A stretch of 64,000 bases of DNA, from the NCBI GenBank assembly GCA_051294375.1, contig CM119263.1, forward strand, positions 23,851,413 to 23,915,412, read 5' to 3'. The notes below the pieces were generated by a model. That model made no database searches. It was not told the origin of the DNA and worked only from the letters and a program-made list of their open reading frames with translations. Below are positions 11,648 to 25,467 of the stretch, one piece after another. The number at the start of each line of letters is the position of its first letter. Position 1 is the first letter of the stretch. The DNA is from Paraspadella gotoi (Eukaryota; Animalia; Chaetognatha). The translations under genes were made by a program, and so were the position numbers.

Positions 11648-12513
11648 CTGGAATATTTAGATACGGTTTTAGATTTTAGTTAGAATTGATATGGATCATT
11701 AAAAAGAATTTGATAGGAGACCCGGTAGTTTTAAAGTTAAGGTTGGTTAGATATAAAGATGAGAGGGTTGAGATAATTGTTATGATTAGTTAGGGATGTA
11801 AGATTAGGATATGTAATATTATTAAAGATAGGAGGGGGTTTGAAAGATGGGCCTTAAAATTTTAATTCAGGAGGTTGAGGAAAAGAAATCGGGGCGCTTT
11901 CGGAAATAGTGGCCAATATTCCTGAAATTTTCATCAGAATATTGGAAAAAAAGAGAAAAAAAAAAAAGAGAGAAAAAAGCAATAAAGCCTTTCAGACCCT
12001 AAAGCTGCAAAGTTCAACTTTATGTGAATTCAATAATAAAATTGAAGAAGTTGGAAATTTTGCCGAACAAATTTAGACTTGCGGAAAAGTTAGATTTGCT
12101 TTTGGTTTAAACCTTAACATGATAAAAATGGCCTTTTGTTGCATTAGATAAAGATTAAAAAAAAAAAGATTTAAATGATTGTTATGCAATTTTATATTTT
12201 TTCCTTACATGTTCATTATCGACTCGAGCAGTGTTGACGTTGTCAAAGCGTCCGAAGTCGTCAGATATCGTTAATCTCGATGAACTCACAACAAGCCCTT
12301 GTTGGGTGTGTTGTTGGTTGCTTCATTTTTATCTGTTTACTTATTTTCGTTTGGTCCAAAGAGTCGATGAATGACCTTTTCAATGGCATTTTGAAAACAG
12401 AAGAGAAAAATAGCGGAAGATGGTATGTGACCAAATTATAGGGATACGACTGGAGATGAAAAGCGAGGGGGAGAAAGGTTACTATTGAAATAGCATCCTC
12501 CTCTCTCTCTCCT

Positions 12514-12551
<38 letters not shown>

Positions 12552-13469
12552 TATCCTCCTTCGTCACGAAACTTCAGTCACTGGGATTCATCTATTTCTT
12601 TGTTCTTCTTTTTAAATCAATGTTACGTGTTTGAGAATAATTAAAAGCGATCAGTCTAGTTGAATTTGTTTTCGTTTCCTATAGTAAGAAGAAAATTTGG
12701 TTTGCTCAGCCCGTGGGAATTGTTGTGTCCGTGGCGGGCGGGGTGGGGCGGAGAGTTTTGGCGGGATCAAAACCGCTGAAACAAAACGCGACAGATGGAA
12801 AAAAAAAAAAACAAAAAAGACAAAAGAAATAAAAAGTTATGAAAAAAGAAGAAAGAAATAAAAAAAAAAAACAAAAAAAAAAATTTTGTCTTTAAAATTT
12901 AGATTGGAGAGGTTGCTCCGAGGAGGAAGAGGGAGAAAGATCGATGGATGTATAATAAGGGAGATGGGGAAGGAGAGAAATGAGGAGGATAAGGAAGGAA
13001 AGAATAGAGAGAGGGGTTGGGGAGGGAGAGACATAGAATAAAACATAGAAATGAATGTAGTAGGTGATGGTACGGAACTGAGGACGGAGAGGAAAGAAGA
13101 TTGAAGAAGAGAAATGAATGAGGAAGGATGAAGAGAGAAATGGAGATAGAAGGAGAGGAATAGAGGGGAGTACGAGTAAGAAGGTGGAAAGGGAGGGAGT
13201 GGGAATGAGGGAGGTTGATTTGAAGTATGAATGTCTGATGGAGAGGAGATTGAGGAGAGGAGGTGATGTGATGATGGGTTTGATTTGGTTGGTTTGGGAG
13301 AGATGTGATGGGGGAAGAGGGAGGGAGTGGAAAGAGTGGAAGTGGATGGAGGGAGGTGTGTAGTTGGTCCGGTGGGAGTGGAGAGAGGCGAGGTTGAGAG
13401 AGGAGCGTTGGGATGATTGTGAAGGTGAAGTTGGGTGGTGGGGAGGTGTGTTTTGTGTGTTGTCAGTGT

Positions 13470-13649
13470 CTTATGTCGTATGCCGGTGTGCACATGAGAG
13501 GAGAGAAGAGTGGATTGATGCTGTTCATTGATATGATCTCTCATTTGCCCCGGGCTAATGCGACTTCCTGATACTCGGCGACACCGTGGGACCGAAGTAA
13601 TAGTCGTCTCATTCATCTTCCGGTCTTTCCGACTGGTACTCAGGAGCCT
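13470..13649 (-). CDS. Candidate exon (EAPEYQSERPEDE..DYYFGPTVS...), 3' boundary uncertain
   Basis: Long polypyrimidine tract plus TTACAG| acceptor on minus at 13650; protein-like translation interrupted by probable read errors. Confidence 0.3.
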
Positions 13650-14410
13650 CTGTAATGGAAAAGAAGAGAATGAAATAAAAAAGAAAAAAGAAGAAAGAAA
13701 GGAAAGAAAAAGGAGGAGAGAAAAAAAGAATAATGAAAAGAAAAAAAGGATTAAAAAAAAAAAATAAATAGATAAAGAAAATAAAGTAAAATAAAGAATG
13801 AAAAAAAGAAAAAGAAAAAATAAAGAGCGATGGCGGCGTGGAAATGGTTTCGCGTGTTGTTTTTTTTTGGATATCTCAAAAAAAAAGACGAAAAATTCGT
13901 TACTAAGCGGTGTGCGAGTCTGGGGAGTTTTTCAGATCTCGGGTGGTCGCTAGTGTGATTAAATTTAAAACAACTGAGGGATGGGATGAGAGGGAGGAAA
14001 AAAGAAGAAATGAAAGATGATAAGGGTATCCAGTGGATGAGAAGCTTTCGTGCGGTTGAAACGACGGACTAGAAGAAGAGTTGATATCTCAAAAGATGTT
14101 TCAAGGGAGGAACGAAGAGACTGGAAAATGGGATTGACAAGAGAGGATAGGGGATGAGTGAAGGGAGCCTTGAATAAGACTTGAATAGATAGAAGAGTAG
14201 AATGTGGCCTAGAAAGAGAGCTGTTATACGATTCTCTGACATGGACGAGAACAAGGACTCAAGGAAGGAGAAGGGCGTGAGAGGATGAGGAAAAAAATAG
14301 GGGGGGGGTAGTAGGAATAATGGGGAGGCGAGACGAGATGAAGAGAGGGAAGATCGCGAAAGATGTCTATACATACTATGGTATCTCCGGGCTGCTGGGA
14401 TTGACCTCAC

Positions 14411-15006
14411 CCTAGACGTTACGTCGTCTTACAGTACTATGAGTTATTGGAATATATCCTGTGACGGTTTTTCTGATATTTTACATGGTTGTCCGCACAC
14501 AATGGACTCTGCACTTTCCCACCATTTAATACTGACGTATTACGAGTAAGAAAACTTAGGTTCTCCCGCCAGGATGGCGAGATTTGAATAGCTATCTGGA
14601 CCAGTCCGCTCCAGTTCGACCTCGACCTCGTCCATCCTCTTACTATCCGTGATACTTGGTCATTCTGTTCCCCACCTTCGCGCAGCAAGAGCGATCGACG
14701 GCGGTTTCCATTCACGTAGTGAAGATATGAATGCATAGAGATAAAAAATGTGGTCTGCTCGGTCATGTCATAGCTTAGTTTCTTGACAACCCAGGGGAAG
14801 GAGGCTGACATCAATGGGTGGTTACTCTATCGAGAGGGGAAATGTCGGACCTCCCAGGGTTTCGGTGATTCCGTTGATGATCGGTGGAGATCATCCCGAG
14901 GCCGACTTCGCTTGCGTACTCGTGGTCGGAGTTTCACCGAGCGATAATTGAGCAAGATTAAAACGGTAATAGCCAGAAAGAAAGAAATATAGTATGGTGT
15001 TTTCAT
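14411..15006 (-). CDS. Candidate first coding exon of a type II membrane or secreted protein (glycosyltransferase-like topology)
   Basis: Acceptor TTTTAG| at 15020, ATG at 15006, MKTPYYISFFLAITVLILLNYRSVK hydrophobic anchor followed by a basic stem, donor |GTGAG at 14410; internal frameshifts. Confidence 0.35.
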
Positions 15007-15852
15007 TGACAATAGAGATCTAAAATATTTTGTTGATTATCTCGATATTCAGCGGTCTTTTCACTTTTCCTTCTTTGTCTCATTCTTTTCTGCGTGCTGT
15101 GTGGCGTAAGATGCTTTCTATTCAGGTAAGGTGTTCTTCCTCTGATTCGCTGATCTTCCTCTCTCTTCTTTCTCTATGTACTATCTCATCCTATCTATCT
15201 AGTCTATGCTACTATCTATCTGTTTATCTATTCTAAGCTATACTGTCTCGTCTCTCTCTCTTCTCTACGATGCATCTCTCTCTTCTCTCTCCTCTCTTCG
15301 ACGTTCTCTTCTCTCTTGCTTCCTCTCCTCTCTCTAATTATACTACTAAATAAAAGCTTATAAATATATATCTTTCTTGGTTACAGAAAATACGATGATG
15401 TATAAGAAGAATAAAACTACGATAAAGACGACGACGATGATGAAGACGACTGAGACGACGACGACGACGACGACGTCTTCGTCTTCTTCGGCCTCAGGCT
15501 TTTCTCGCCAAAGATGGAATTGTTTTGGAGAGAGAGAAATTTGGCGCGACGACGACGTCCGACGATTTCGTGTTAAGACGAAGACTATTTTTTTTTTCAA
15601 GTCGAATCGAATTGTACGAGCCGACCAAAGATCGGACCGACAACGTTCGAACCGACCAGTTCGAACCGACAAAAGAAATTTCTTCGAAAAAAAAAAAAAA
15701 AAAAAAANNNNNNNNNNNNNNNNNNNNNNNNNNNNNNNNNNNNNNNNNNNNNNNNNNNNNNNNNNNNNNNNNNNNNNNNNNNNNNNNNNNNNNNNNNNNN
15801 NNNNNNNNNNNNNNCCCGAGAGAACTTTTTTGTTCCGTCGAACAACGCCTCG

Positions 15853-15962
15853 TGTCGGCAAATGAGCCCTTTTGCTCCGGCAATCAAAACCTTCCCTCCG
15901 GCAATCGAATCCTCCGCTCCGGCAACCGATTTCTCCGCTCCGGCAGGCCAATTCTCCCGCAA
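15853..15962 (+). repeat. 21-bp minisatellite (CTCCGGCAA-core), about 5 degenerate units
   Basis: ctccggcaatcaaaaccttcc / ctccggcaatcgaatcctccg / ctccggcaaccgatttctccg / ctccggcaggcc; also present in the later copies (~23290, ~30980, ~38910). Confidence 0.75.
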
Positions 15963-16764
15963 ATGACGTCAAGCAGAGTCGATGGAAAGCTGGCAACCTA
16001 CTTTTCGGACCGACCGGGGCGCTGCTATCTGGAAAGCCAAAGATAAGGAGAACGGAAAAAAAAANNNNNNNNNNNNNNNNNNNNNNNNNNNNNNNNNNNN
16101 NNNNNNNNNNNNNNNNNNNNNNNNNNNNNNNNNNNNNNNNNNNNNNNNNNNNNNNNNNAAAAAAAAAAAAAAAAAGTGGAAAGGGAAAGAAAAGCGACGC
16201 GACCCGCGACCGGGATTCTGTATCAGCGATTTTTCACGCACATTCGCGAAAAACAATGAAAACCTAGAAATCGATTGACGCCGGGCGGCGTGACGTTAGC
16301 TCTTTTCCTGTTCGTCGCCATTGTCATAATTCGGACTAGCGTTCCTTTTTAACTGCTACTTTCCTTCTGCGCATGCGCTGATGCGAGTTAGTGTAAAAGT
16401 TTTCAATTGACGCGTAATATGACCAAAGCTTGACGAAGCTTACCTCGACTTTAACTTAAACGGATTATTCGGTCAACACATGAACACACATGAAAGCAAA
16501 AGTGATAAATGAATAATCAATCAATAACCGTCGATCAAATAACTACGCAATCTCGATATCAACGAATCGTCTTCGTCGTCTCTTCGTCACGAACGACATC
16601 TTCACCAGAAGTGACGCGCTCTTCATCAGGGCAAGAGTGAGAGGAGGAGGGAATGGTACGGCGGGAACGAGTTCGTCCGAAGACGTCAAATCGACTTCCG
16701 TTTTTTTTCTGCTCGCATAGTTAGTTTGAAGTGTCTAACTCGCGTCGGTCTGTTGCGGAGAGAG

Positions 16765-16803
<39 letters not shown>

Positions 16804-16810
16804 AGAAGAG

Positions 16811-16849
<39 letters not shown>

Positions 16850-17071
16850 AGAGCGAAGAAAGGGGAGGACTTTGTCCATCGGCATTTTCCGGCATCTCTC
16901 TCTTTTCTTCTTTTTCTTCCACGGCACTGAAGACCCGGACGCCCCTCTTCGGCGCCGACACGAACGACCACGCCATCGGTCGTACTACGGCTCGGCGAGA
17001 GACGGCACGAGGGGGCTAGCGAGGGCGCGTGCCGCCGCCCGGCCCCNNNNNNNNNNNNNNNNNNNNNNNNN

Positions 17072-17628
17072 AAAAAAGGAGGAGAGATTTAATATTTAAA
17101 CCTTGAGAATTCTATTTTGGTATAACCAAGATCATAGTTTCTTAATAAAATCTTATTAGAATTTGGTCAGGTTGACGATTGGCTTAAAAAAACAAATAAT
17201 CTTCTAAATTTTAAGTCTTTTGTAATAATAATTTTTTAACCTTATTTATAAACCACAACAATAAATTGGAGTATTAAGGTTATTTAATAATTTTATTTTG
17301 ATTAATTTAAGTATGCTGGCTGAATAACAGGCTCATTTTTTTTCCAAAAATTTTGAATTTTTAAAACCGGAAGTGGTACGACGCAAAAACCCTGGCGTGG
17401 AAAATCGCATCAAATGAGCTATTCGGGGAAATTTTTTATTGTGATATTCGTTTTTCTCCATAAATTTGGCACAAAGAAACTTTGCAGGTATCAGGAACTT
17501 TCAAAAATGCATGTAAAAATTTCTGGGAAGCTCTAACACGGATCTGACTTTCTTTTATTACGTCACAATTTTTGGGTATAAAATTTGGGGTAGAGAACAG
17601 TCTCTCGTCTCTCTCTCTCTCTCTCGTC

Positions 17629-17673
<45 letters not shown>

Positions 17674-20426
17674 TCATCTCTCTCTCTCTCTCTCATAAAT
17701 CGCGTTTCCTTCATTCGACAGTCCGACCTTGAAATCACGAGAGATAGGCAAAGGAAACCGTGACGAGTTTAGGCGAATTTTGGTCAGTCTATAGTTTATA
17801 AAAATTTAGAATATATTTCGTAACAAAATGAATTTATCCATAAATTAACTCGACCACGTTTTCAACATCGACCATGGTTAGAAATTAACAATTGGATCAT
17901 GTTGAGGTGGAGTTGAGTTAAGCGGCCGAAGATGATGTCGATGCAGGAAGAGAAAAGAAGAAACGTGAAAAGGTAGGGCCGTGAGACAGGAAGTTGGTGA
18001 ACGCCAATGACGTCCAGCGGGAGAGTAAAAAAAAAATCTTGGCTCGAGAAAATCTGTGAGGCGACGCCGGGGTTGAATTGGCGAAGGGAAAGTTTGGGCA
18101 AGGTGACCAACGATGCTAAGAATAGGAGGGGGGGCGGAGGATCATGGGCACTGGGGAGAGGAGATAAAGAGAGAGAGAGGAATCAGTTCATCTTAACTAA
18201 TGCTTGTATAGCCATTTAATTTCAAATCATAATTGTTTACGAATGCAATCTGAAATTTGTAACATTAGCCATTTCTCCTTTAATTTTTACTTTGTGTATG
18301 TATATTATATATTTAGTTCTTACTTGAAATGTAGGCTAAAAGTTTATTAAGGCTAAGATTGGAAAAAAACGCTCAGTCAAGGAAGACAAAAAATTTGTTT
18401 GTTAAGGTTCATTTTCTTGGTTCAGCTTGCGTTGAAGATCAAACACCAACGACATTTATCTCCACAAAATAACAATAACAACAACGAAAATGGATTATAT
18501 TTTTTTCTGGAATTGCAAGGACATGGGCATTTTTTCGTTAAGCCAAGTACAAATCATTACATGCTATTTAAAACAATATTTCTTTCTTTCTTTCTTCACG
18601 TTCTTTTTTCTTTCTTTCTTCTTTCTTTTCTTTCTTTCTTTCTCTCTTTTTTTCCCCTCCATTCGCTTAATTTTTTGTTAGCTGCTTCATTTTTACGTCT
18701 TTTCATTTTTAAAATTTCTTCTTTTCTCTTTTATTTTTTTGAGTTTTCGTGCTAAAAAGAGATAACGAATGAAAAGGAAAACCGAGTCGACGTCAAGTTC
18801 AAACCAGAGAAGAGGAAGAGAAGGGAAAAAATTAAAAGGGAGCGGACAAAGCGAGCGCTAGTAAAAATTAGGGAAAAACTGGAAATAAGAAAAAATGAAC
18901 TGAAATAGAAAAAAGATGTATGAATGAACGATAAAAGCCAGGAGTAAATAAATTAAATAAATAAAAAAATAAAAAATTAAAAATAAGGGGATCTAAAAAA
19001 AAAGCGAAAAATAAACGCAAGTCAAAGGAACTATTGAGCAAAAAAAAACAAAGACAAAAAAAACAACCCGAAGATGTTTGTTCAATTTTCGTTCAAAAAA
19101 AGAAGCAAATGTCGAAGGTGCTAAAAGTGGAAAAAATGAAAACCTAAAAAAGAAAGTTAAAAAAATCTTTAAAACATGTTGGAGCTTAGAACGATTTTGT
19201 GAACTAGGAAAACAAAAAACAAAGTGAACGACGACGACGACGCGACGTAATGGCGGCTGACGGTGGAAACGAGCGAGACGATACTAAGTTTACGACGAAA
19301 ATAAAAAATCAATTTAAGTTCGATTTTATGTTATGACCCATAAAAAAAAGGTATTCATATTTTTTTTTTAAAGTAAATTAGGTAATAATTTCATTTACAT
19401 TAAAAAAAAATAATAACAATAAACAGATCATCTTTTTTGTTTGTATATAATAGTTAAACTAACGGGCGTAATAACTTGGGCGACTAAAAATAAAACGGCG
19501 AGAATAAAAAAAAGCAACAATAAAAGAGAAAAAAGAAAACCGATAACGAGAGTAATAACCAAATGTGTCGCTTTCATCGTCAACTTTCCGTGGAAAAACC
19601 GAGGTCAAGTTCGACCTACCATATTGAAAAGGGGAAAAAGAGAAGGGGGAGGGAGGGGAAAAAAAAATGGATCAGCAGCTGTTTCTTGTCGAGTAGGATC
19701 CTTCGCCGAACTACTTTTTATTTGTTATGCTTACTTATTTAACTCGAAATCAAGATTAGTCTCCCATCGATAACCGACGACCATCATTTTCGTCGTCGTC
19801 GGCTGCTGTCGTCGTCGTGCCATCTTTGTTTTAATACTGCCTCGTTCCCAGATCGAAGCACGCCGCCGCGACCGCGCGTTCCGGACGAGAGGGATCGTCG
19901 TCGTCGTCGTCCGTTTCGGCGTTCTCATCATCTGTTGACAATGTAATGGTTCAAAATCTATAGCTGACTTTTTTTTTTTTCAACAAGCGGGGAAAAAAAA
20001 AGTAATGTTGGAATGCAATTAGACGATTTTTACGTTTCGAGAGTTTTTCGCTTCGCAAATCAACACGTTTCCCCCCAGCAAGGAAAGGCCTAAAAACAAG
20101 GAGGGCGTAAACGACAAAATGATGGAAAATCGAAGCTTGCAATGTCCAAAATGGGAGAACGCCAATATTTTAGAAAACGGAAGAGAACGCAATGACGGAA
20201 TTCGGGGATTATAAATGACAGGAAATTAAGGATATATCAATGACGGAATTAAGTTGGACGCATCGATGGAAATCGCAGCTTTGAAACGACGAAAATTCAA
20301 AAAATAAAAATGAACGAAAAACTTTTAAAGACCAAATAACGAAAATCGGGGAATTTTTCGATGAGAAGCGAAAACGGAATGAGCGGCCAAGCACGTGTCG
20401 AAAAGTGCAACTCAATTCCACAGTCT

Positions 20427-20457
<31 letters not shown>

Positions 20458-22684
20458 TGTTATCCTCTTTTCGCGGCAAACTCCGTCATCCTCGTCATTC
20501 AACTACAAGGAGATCCAACGGGTGCCGTTCTCAAAAGAATTTATTAGCTCAGTGAGCATATTTAAATAAAATCTTTTCATTAATGTGCAAAAATAAATCA
20601 AAAGTCATGACAACTTTGTTTTATACCCCTCAATCCTATTGAAAAATCAAAGGTTATGTCCAAGTGTAGAAAGGGGAAAAGTTCGCAGAAAATCGCTTTT
20701 TTCTAAGTTTTTCTGATTTCGAAAATTACTCACTGCTATTCAACAGTTCTTGTATGGCCAACAGCCGGGTTCCCTGTGATGCCCATTGGATGGGGCATCT
20801 CACTGTTGGCTTTGGGGGCTTCCGACCTCAGTGACGCCCTCAGTCACTGCGCGGTTACCCTAGGACGGTCTCTGGCTTTGGCCCAAAACGCAGAGGGAAG
20901 TCTGGATGGAACACAAAGACTGGGATGGTGTGGTTACACCCTCGGAAGGCACGGCTGAATGCAATGGTGGATGTGAAGCGGTATGTTAATATACCGCCAC
21001 CACTTGTCTCTTTTAGTTTTTTTTTAAGAGCCGGGGCAAAGTCAAGAGCTTCCTGTCGACCATTGGTGACCATTCATTGAAAGTTTAGTGAAAAACTTTA
21101 AAAAGAATAGCGCAATTCCAAAGTTGAAAGTTTTGTTTCGAGAATTCAAAAAAAAATCAAAATTCTTATCTCGCCGTAAAAAATATCGTGTTCTTTCACT
21201 GTTAAAATATGAAATGAAACATGTCGTCACATGTTTTATAGAACGAGCAACGAGAAAAAAATTTTCGAGGCCTTTTCTAACTAATAAAAATCTATATTCA
21301 TGACAATGGATAGATTATATGGGTGCTGTAGCCATTTTTTTTGAAGGTCGGTGCCCGCGTGGATCTCCTTGAAAGGGCTAGAGGAAAACGGTTCACACAG
21401 TCCGAACTACTTTCGGTTAGTAAGACCTCTTCAAGACTTCTTCATATATTACGTTTTGGTCGTCGTCGTCTATCGTCGTCATCGCGTCGTCATTTTTCTC
21501 TTTCAAAGTGAAATCTCGTCCGTTGAAGCGTGCGCCACCAGCAGTGCCTCTCAAATTACATTTTACCAAGCGCATCTTTTGTACTGTTTGCTATTAACTA
21601 AATTATTTGTGATTCTCCGTCATGCGTCCGCTTTTTCCGCCAATGTAAAATTCCTATCCGCCAGTGAGATTTCAATTTCAAACTTTACTCCGCTTCATGC
21701 TATTGTCTCTCTTGGTTTTCCACGGGACAGAATTCCGTTCATCGCATCTTTTCGTCCGAATGTTTATTGTCTGTGCTGCGTTTCGTTTGACTGTCAGTTC
21801 CGAAAGCCGAATCTTCGCAACTAACATATAATTGCTGCGTCTTGGTGCCGCTTCAATACGTAACTCGCGCGCCACGTACCGCTCTTCTTTGGCGGACTGC
21901 GGGAGAGAAGGAGAGAGAAGAGAGAGAGAGAGGAGAAAGAGGAGAGAAGAGAGAAGATAGAGAGAGAGAGCGAGACGAGAGAGAGAGATGAGAGAGAGAC
22001 GGCAGAGAAGAGGAGGAGAGGAAGGAAGAGAGTGGAAGAAGTCAGCAACTATTGCTCTCTAAACAATCCTTTTCTCGGCGCTCAGTGATCCACCTCAGTT
22101 ATCGTGTATACAATTCATTAGCCTTATTGCCTCTCTTTTTCTTAAGCCGTTTGTACCTACAAGTATTCATCTATAGTCATTTCCCAAGCTCTGACTACTT
22201 TTTCTACAAGACTTAAGTTCGCCATATATTCATTTCTCCAGTCCACTTCCTTGACCTTTTTTCCCTCCTTCTATTCTTTCGCTACTTTTCACATTTCTTA
22301 ACACGTCAAAGCGCAGAGCGCACGACGGAGCGCTTTATAATCCTGACAGTGCCGTCTCTAGAATTCTGACTATGCCGGTTTGGATTCCGTGGAATTCCGG
22401 ATCACAAGCCAATCGCTCTTTACCGTCTTCTGTCGTTTACTAGGGCGAATATCAAGATATTAAACGGTTAAAGCGAATAGAAATATAATAGCATTTGTGT
22501 TTCATTCAATGCGAAATTTTTTTTTAGCATTTTTTACGTCCTTATCACAGCTTATTCTGTCATCTCTTATCTCTGTCTAGTCTCTCTTTCTATGTGTCTC
22601 TCTGTCTAGTACTTTCTCTCTCTCTTTCTTTCTCTATCTATCCTATATATGAGCTCCACTCTATCTATCTATCTAATCTATCTT

Positions 22685-22718
<34 letters not shown>

Positions 22719-24106
22719 TTCTATCTATCTTTCTATCTATCTGTCGTCCTCTCTCTCACTCTCTCTCCGTCTTCTCTCTCTCTTCTCTCTCTCTCGTCTC
22801 TCTCTCTCTTCTCTCTCTAAATTATACTAAAATAAAAGCTTATAAAATATATATCTTTCTTTGGTTACAGAAAATACGATGATGTTATAAGAAGAATAAA
22901 ACTACGAATAAAAGACACAGACGTATGATGAAGACGACTGAGAGACGACGACGACGACGACCGACGTCTTCGTCTTCTTCGGCCTCAGGCTTTTCTCGCA
23001 AAAGATGGAAATTGTTTTTGGAGAGAGAGAAATTTGTCGCGAACGACGACGTCGACGATTCGTGTTAAGACGAAGACTATTTTTTTTTTTTCAAGTCGAA
23101 TCGAATTGTAGAGCCGACCAAAGATCGGACCGAACAACGTTACGAGACCGACGAGTATCGAACGCGACAAAAGAAATTTCTCTTCGAAAAAAAAAAAAAA
23201 AAAAAAATTCGCGCCATTTCGTTTTTCCCGCCGAGAGAAAACTTTTTTGTTCCGTCGAACAACGCCTCGTGTGCAAAATGAGCCCTTTTGCTCCGGCAAG
23301 TCAAAACCCTTCCCTCTCGGCAATCGAAGTCTCCGCTCCTTGCAACCGATTCTCCGCTCGCGGCAGGCCAATTCTCACGCAAATGACGTCAAGCAGAGTC
23401 GATGGAAAGCTGGCACGTACTTTTCGACCAGACGGGGCGCCTGCTATCTGGAAAGCAAAGATAAGGAGAACGGAAAAAAAAAGGAAAGAAATAATTAAAA
23501 AAAAAAAGTGGAAAGGGAAAGAAAGCGACGCGACCGCGACCGGGAATTCTGTATCAGCGATTTTTCACGCACAATTCGCGAGAAAAACAATGAAAACCTA
23601 GAAATCGATTGAGACGTGCCGGGCGGCGTGACGTTAGCTCTTATTCCCTGTCGTACGCGCATTGTCATAATTCGACTAGCGTTCCTTTTTTAACTGCTAC
23701 TTCCTTCTGCGCATGCGCTGATCGCGAGTAGTTGAAAAAGTTTTTTCAATTGATCGCGTAATATGACAAAGCTTGACGAAGCTACCTCGACTTTAACTTA
23801 AACGGATTTATTCGGTCAACACATGAACACACATGAAAGCAAAATGAATAATGCAATTCAATAATAACGTCGATCAAATAACTACGCAATCTCGATATCA
23901 ACGAATCGTTCTTCGTCGTCTCTTCGTCACGAACGACATCTTCGACGCAGAAGTGACGCGCTCTTCATCAGGGCAAGAGTGAGAGGAGGAGGGAAATGTA
24001 CGGCGGGAACGAGTTCGGTCCCGAGACGTCAAATCGACTTCCGTTTTTTTCTGCTCCATAGTTAGTTTGAAGTGTCAACTCGCGTCGGTCCTGTTGCGGA
24101 GAGAGA

Positions 24107-24146
<40 letters not shown>

Positions 24147-24865
24147 AAGAGAGAGAGAGAGAGAAGAGAAAGAGAGAGAGGAGAGAGAGAGAAAGCGAAG
24201 AAGGAGAAAAACTTTGTCCATCGGCATTTCCGGCATGCTGCTCTTTTTTTTTTTTTCCACGCACCTGGAGACCCGGACGCCCCTCTTCGGCGCCGACACG
24301 AAACGACCACGCCATCGGTCGTACTACGGACTCGGCGGAGAGACGGCACGAGGGGGCTATGCGAGGGGCGCTGCCGGCCGGCCAACCACGCTGCGCGCCC
24401 GCTTGCCCGCCACCGCCGCTGCCGCCGCTACCCTCTTCCGGCCTCGAGAAGAGACGTGACGAGGTTGAGAGGAATCGGTTCCGGTTTGACCTTAATCGAC
24501 TTTTTTTTCTCTCTTCTCTCGTCGGTGAGAGGAAAGAAATCTGCGATAAAAACAGATTTAACACACGTTACAGTAAATTTCGAATAATGACCAACAAAAT
24601 TAATTAAATTTATCTGTGGATTAAGACATTTCTTCAATTTCAAACTCCGATACCTACGAAGCAATCCTCCATAGTTTTTACGAAAATTCTTCCTAAAAAA
24701 TACATTTTCATTTTCTGCTCGACTCAAACGGACTCGAAATATTTTTATGAAAATAATTAACCTACAGTAATTTGGATTTTTTTTCCTTACGGTCATCCCT
24801 CCGTCGCTAATCCAGTATCCCGCTCCTTGCTCATCTACTCCAGCCTCGTCCGTCATGCATTCTTT
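17072..24865 (+). repeat. Copy 2 of a ~7.8-7.9 kb unit (equivalent to ~5845-11049 plus ~15150-17046 and an extension); probable gap-fill artefact
   Basis: Starts right after a 25-N junction; ORF track is identical to the next copy at offset 7794 up to ~21400; many 1-bp indels relative to the first copy. Confidence 0.9.
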
Positions 24866-25422
24866 AAAAAAGGAGGAGAGATTTAATATTTAAACCTTGA
24901 GAATTCTATTTTGGTATAACCAAGATCATAGTTTCTTAATAAAATCTTATTAGAATTTGGTCAGGTTGACGATTGGCTTAAAAAAACAAATAATCTTCTA
25001 AATTTTAAGTCTTTTGTAATAATAATTTTTTAACCTTATTTATAAACCACAACAATAAATTGGAGTATTAAGGTTATTTAATAATTTTATTTTGATTAAT
25101 TTAAGTATGCTGGCTGAATAACAGGCTCATTTTTTTTCCAAAAATTTTGAATTTTTAAAACCGGAAGTGGTACGACGCAAAAACCCTGGCGTGGAAAATC
25201 GCATCAAATGAGCTATTCGGGGAAATTTTTTATTGTGATATTCGTTTTTCTCCATAAATTTGGCACAAAGAAACTTTGCAGGTATCAGGAACTTTCAAAA
25301 ATGCATGTAAAAATTTCTGGGAAGCTCTAACACGGATCTGACTTTCTTTTATTACGTCACAATTTTTGGGTATAAAATTTGGGGTAGAGAACAGTCTCTC
25401 GTCTCTCTCTCTCTCTCTCGTC

Positions 25423-25467
<45 letters not shown>

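Noticed and set aside
12837-13616. Longest ORF (259 aa, minus)
   Set aside because: Mostly low-complexity purine-rich noisy sequence; only its 5' end overlaps a candidate exon in another frame
14030-14072. GGATGA...GAAACGACG segment resembling a hammerhead
   Set aside because: CTGA core absent, stem II poor, and the sequence is noisy
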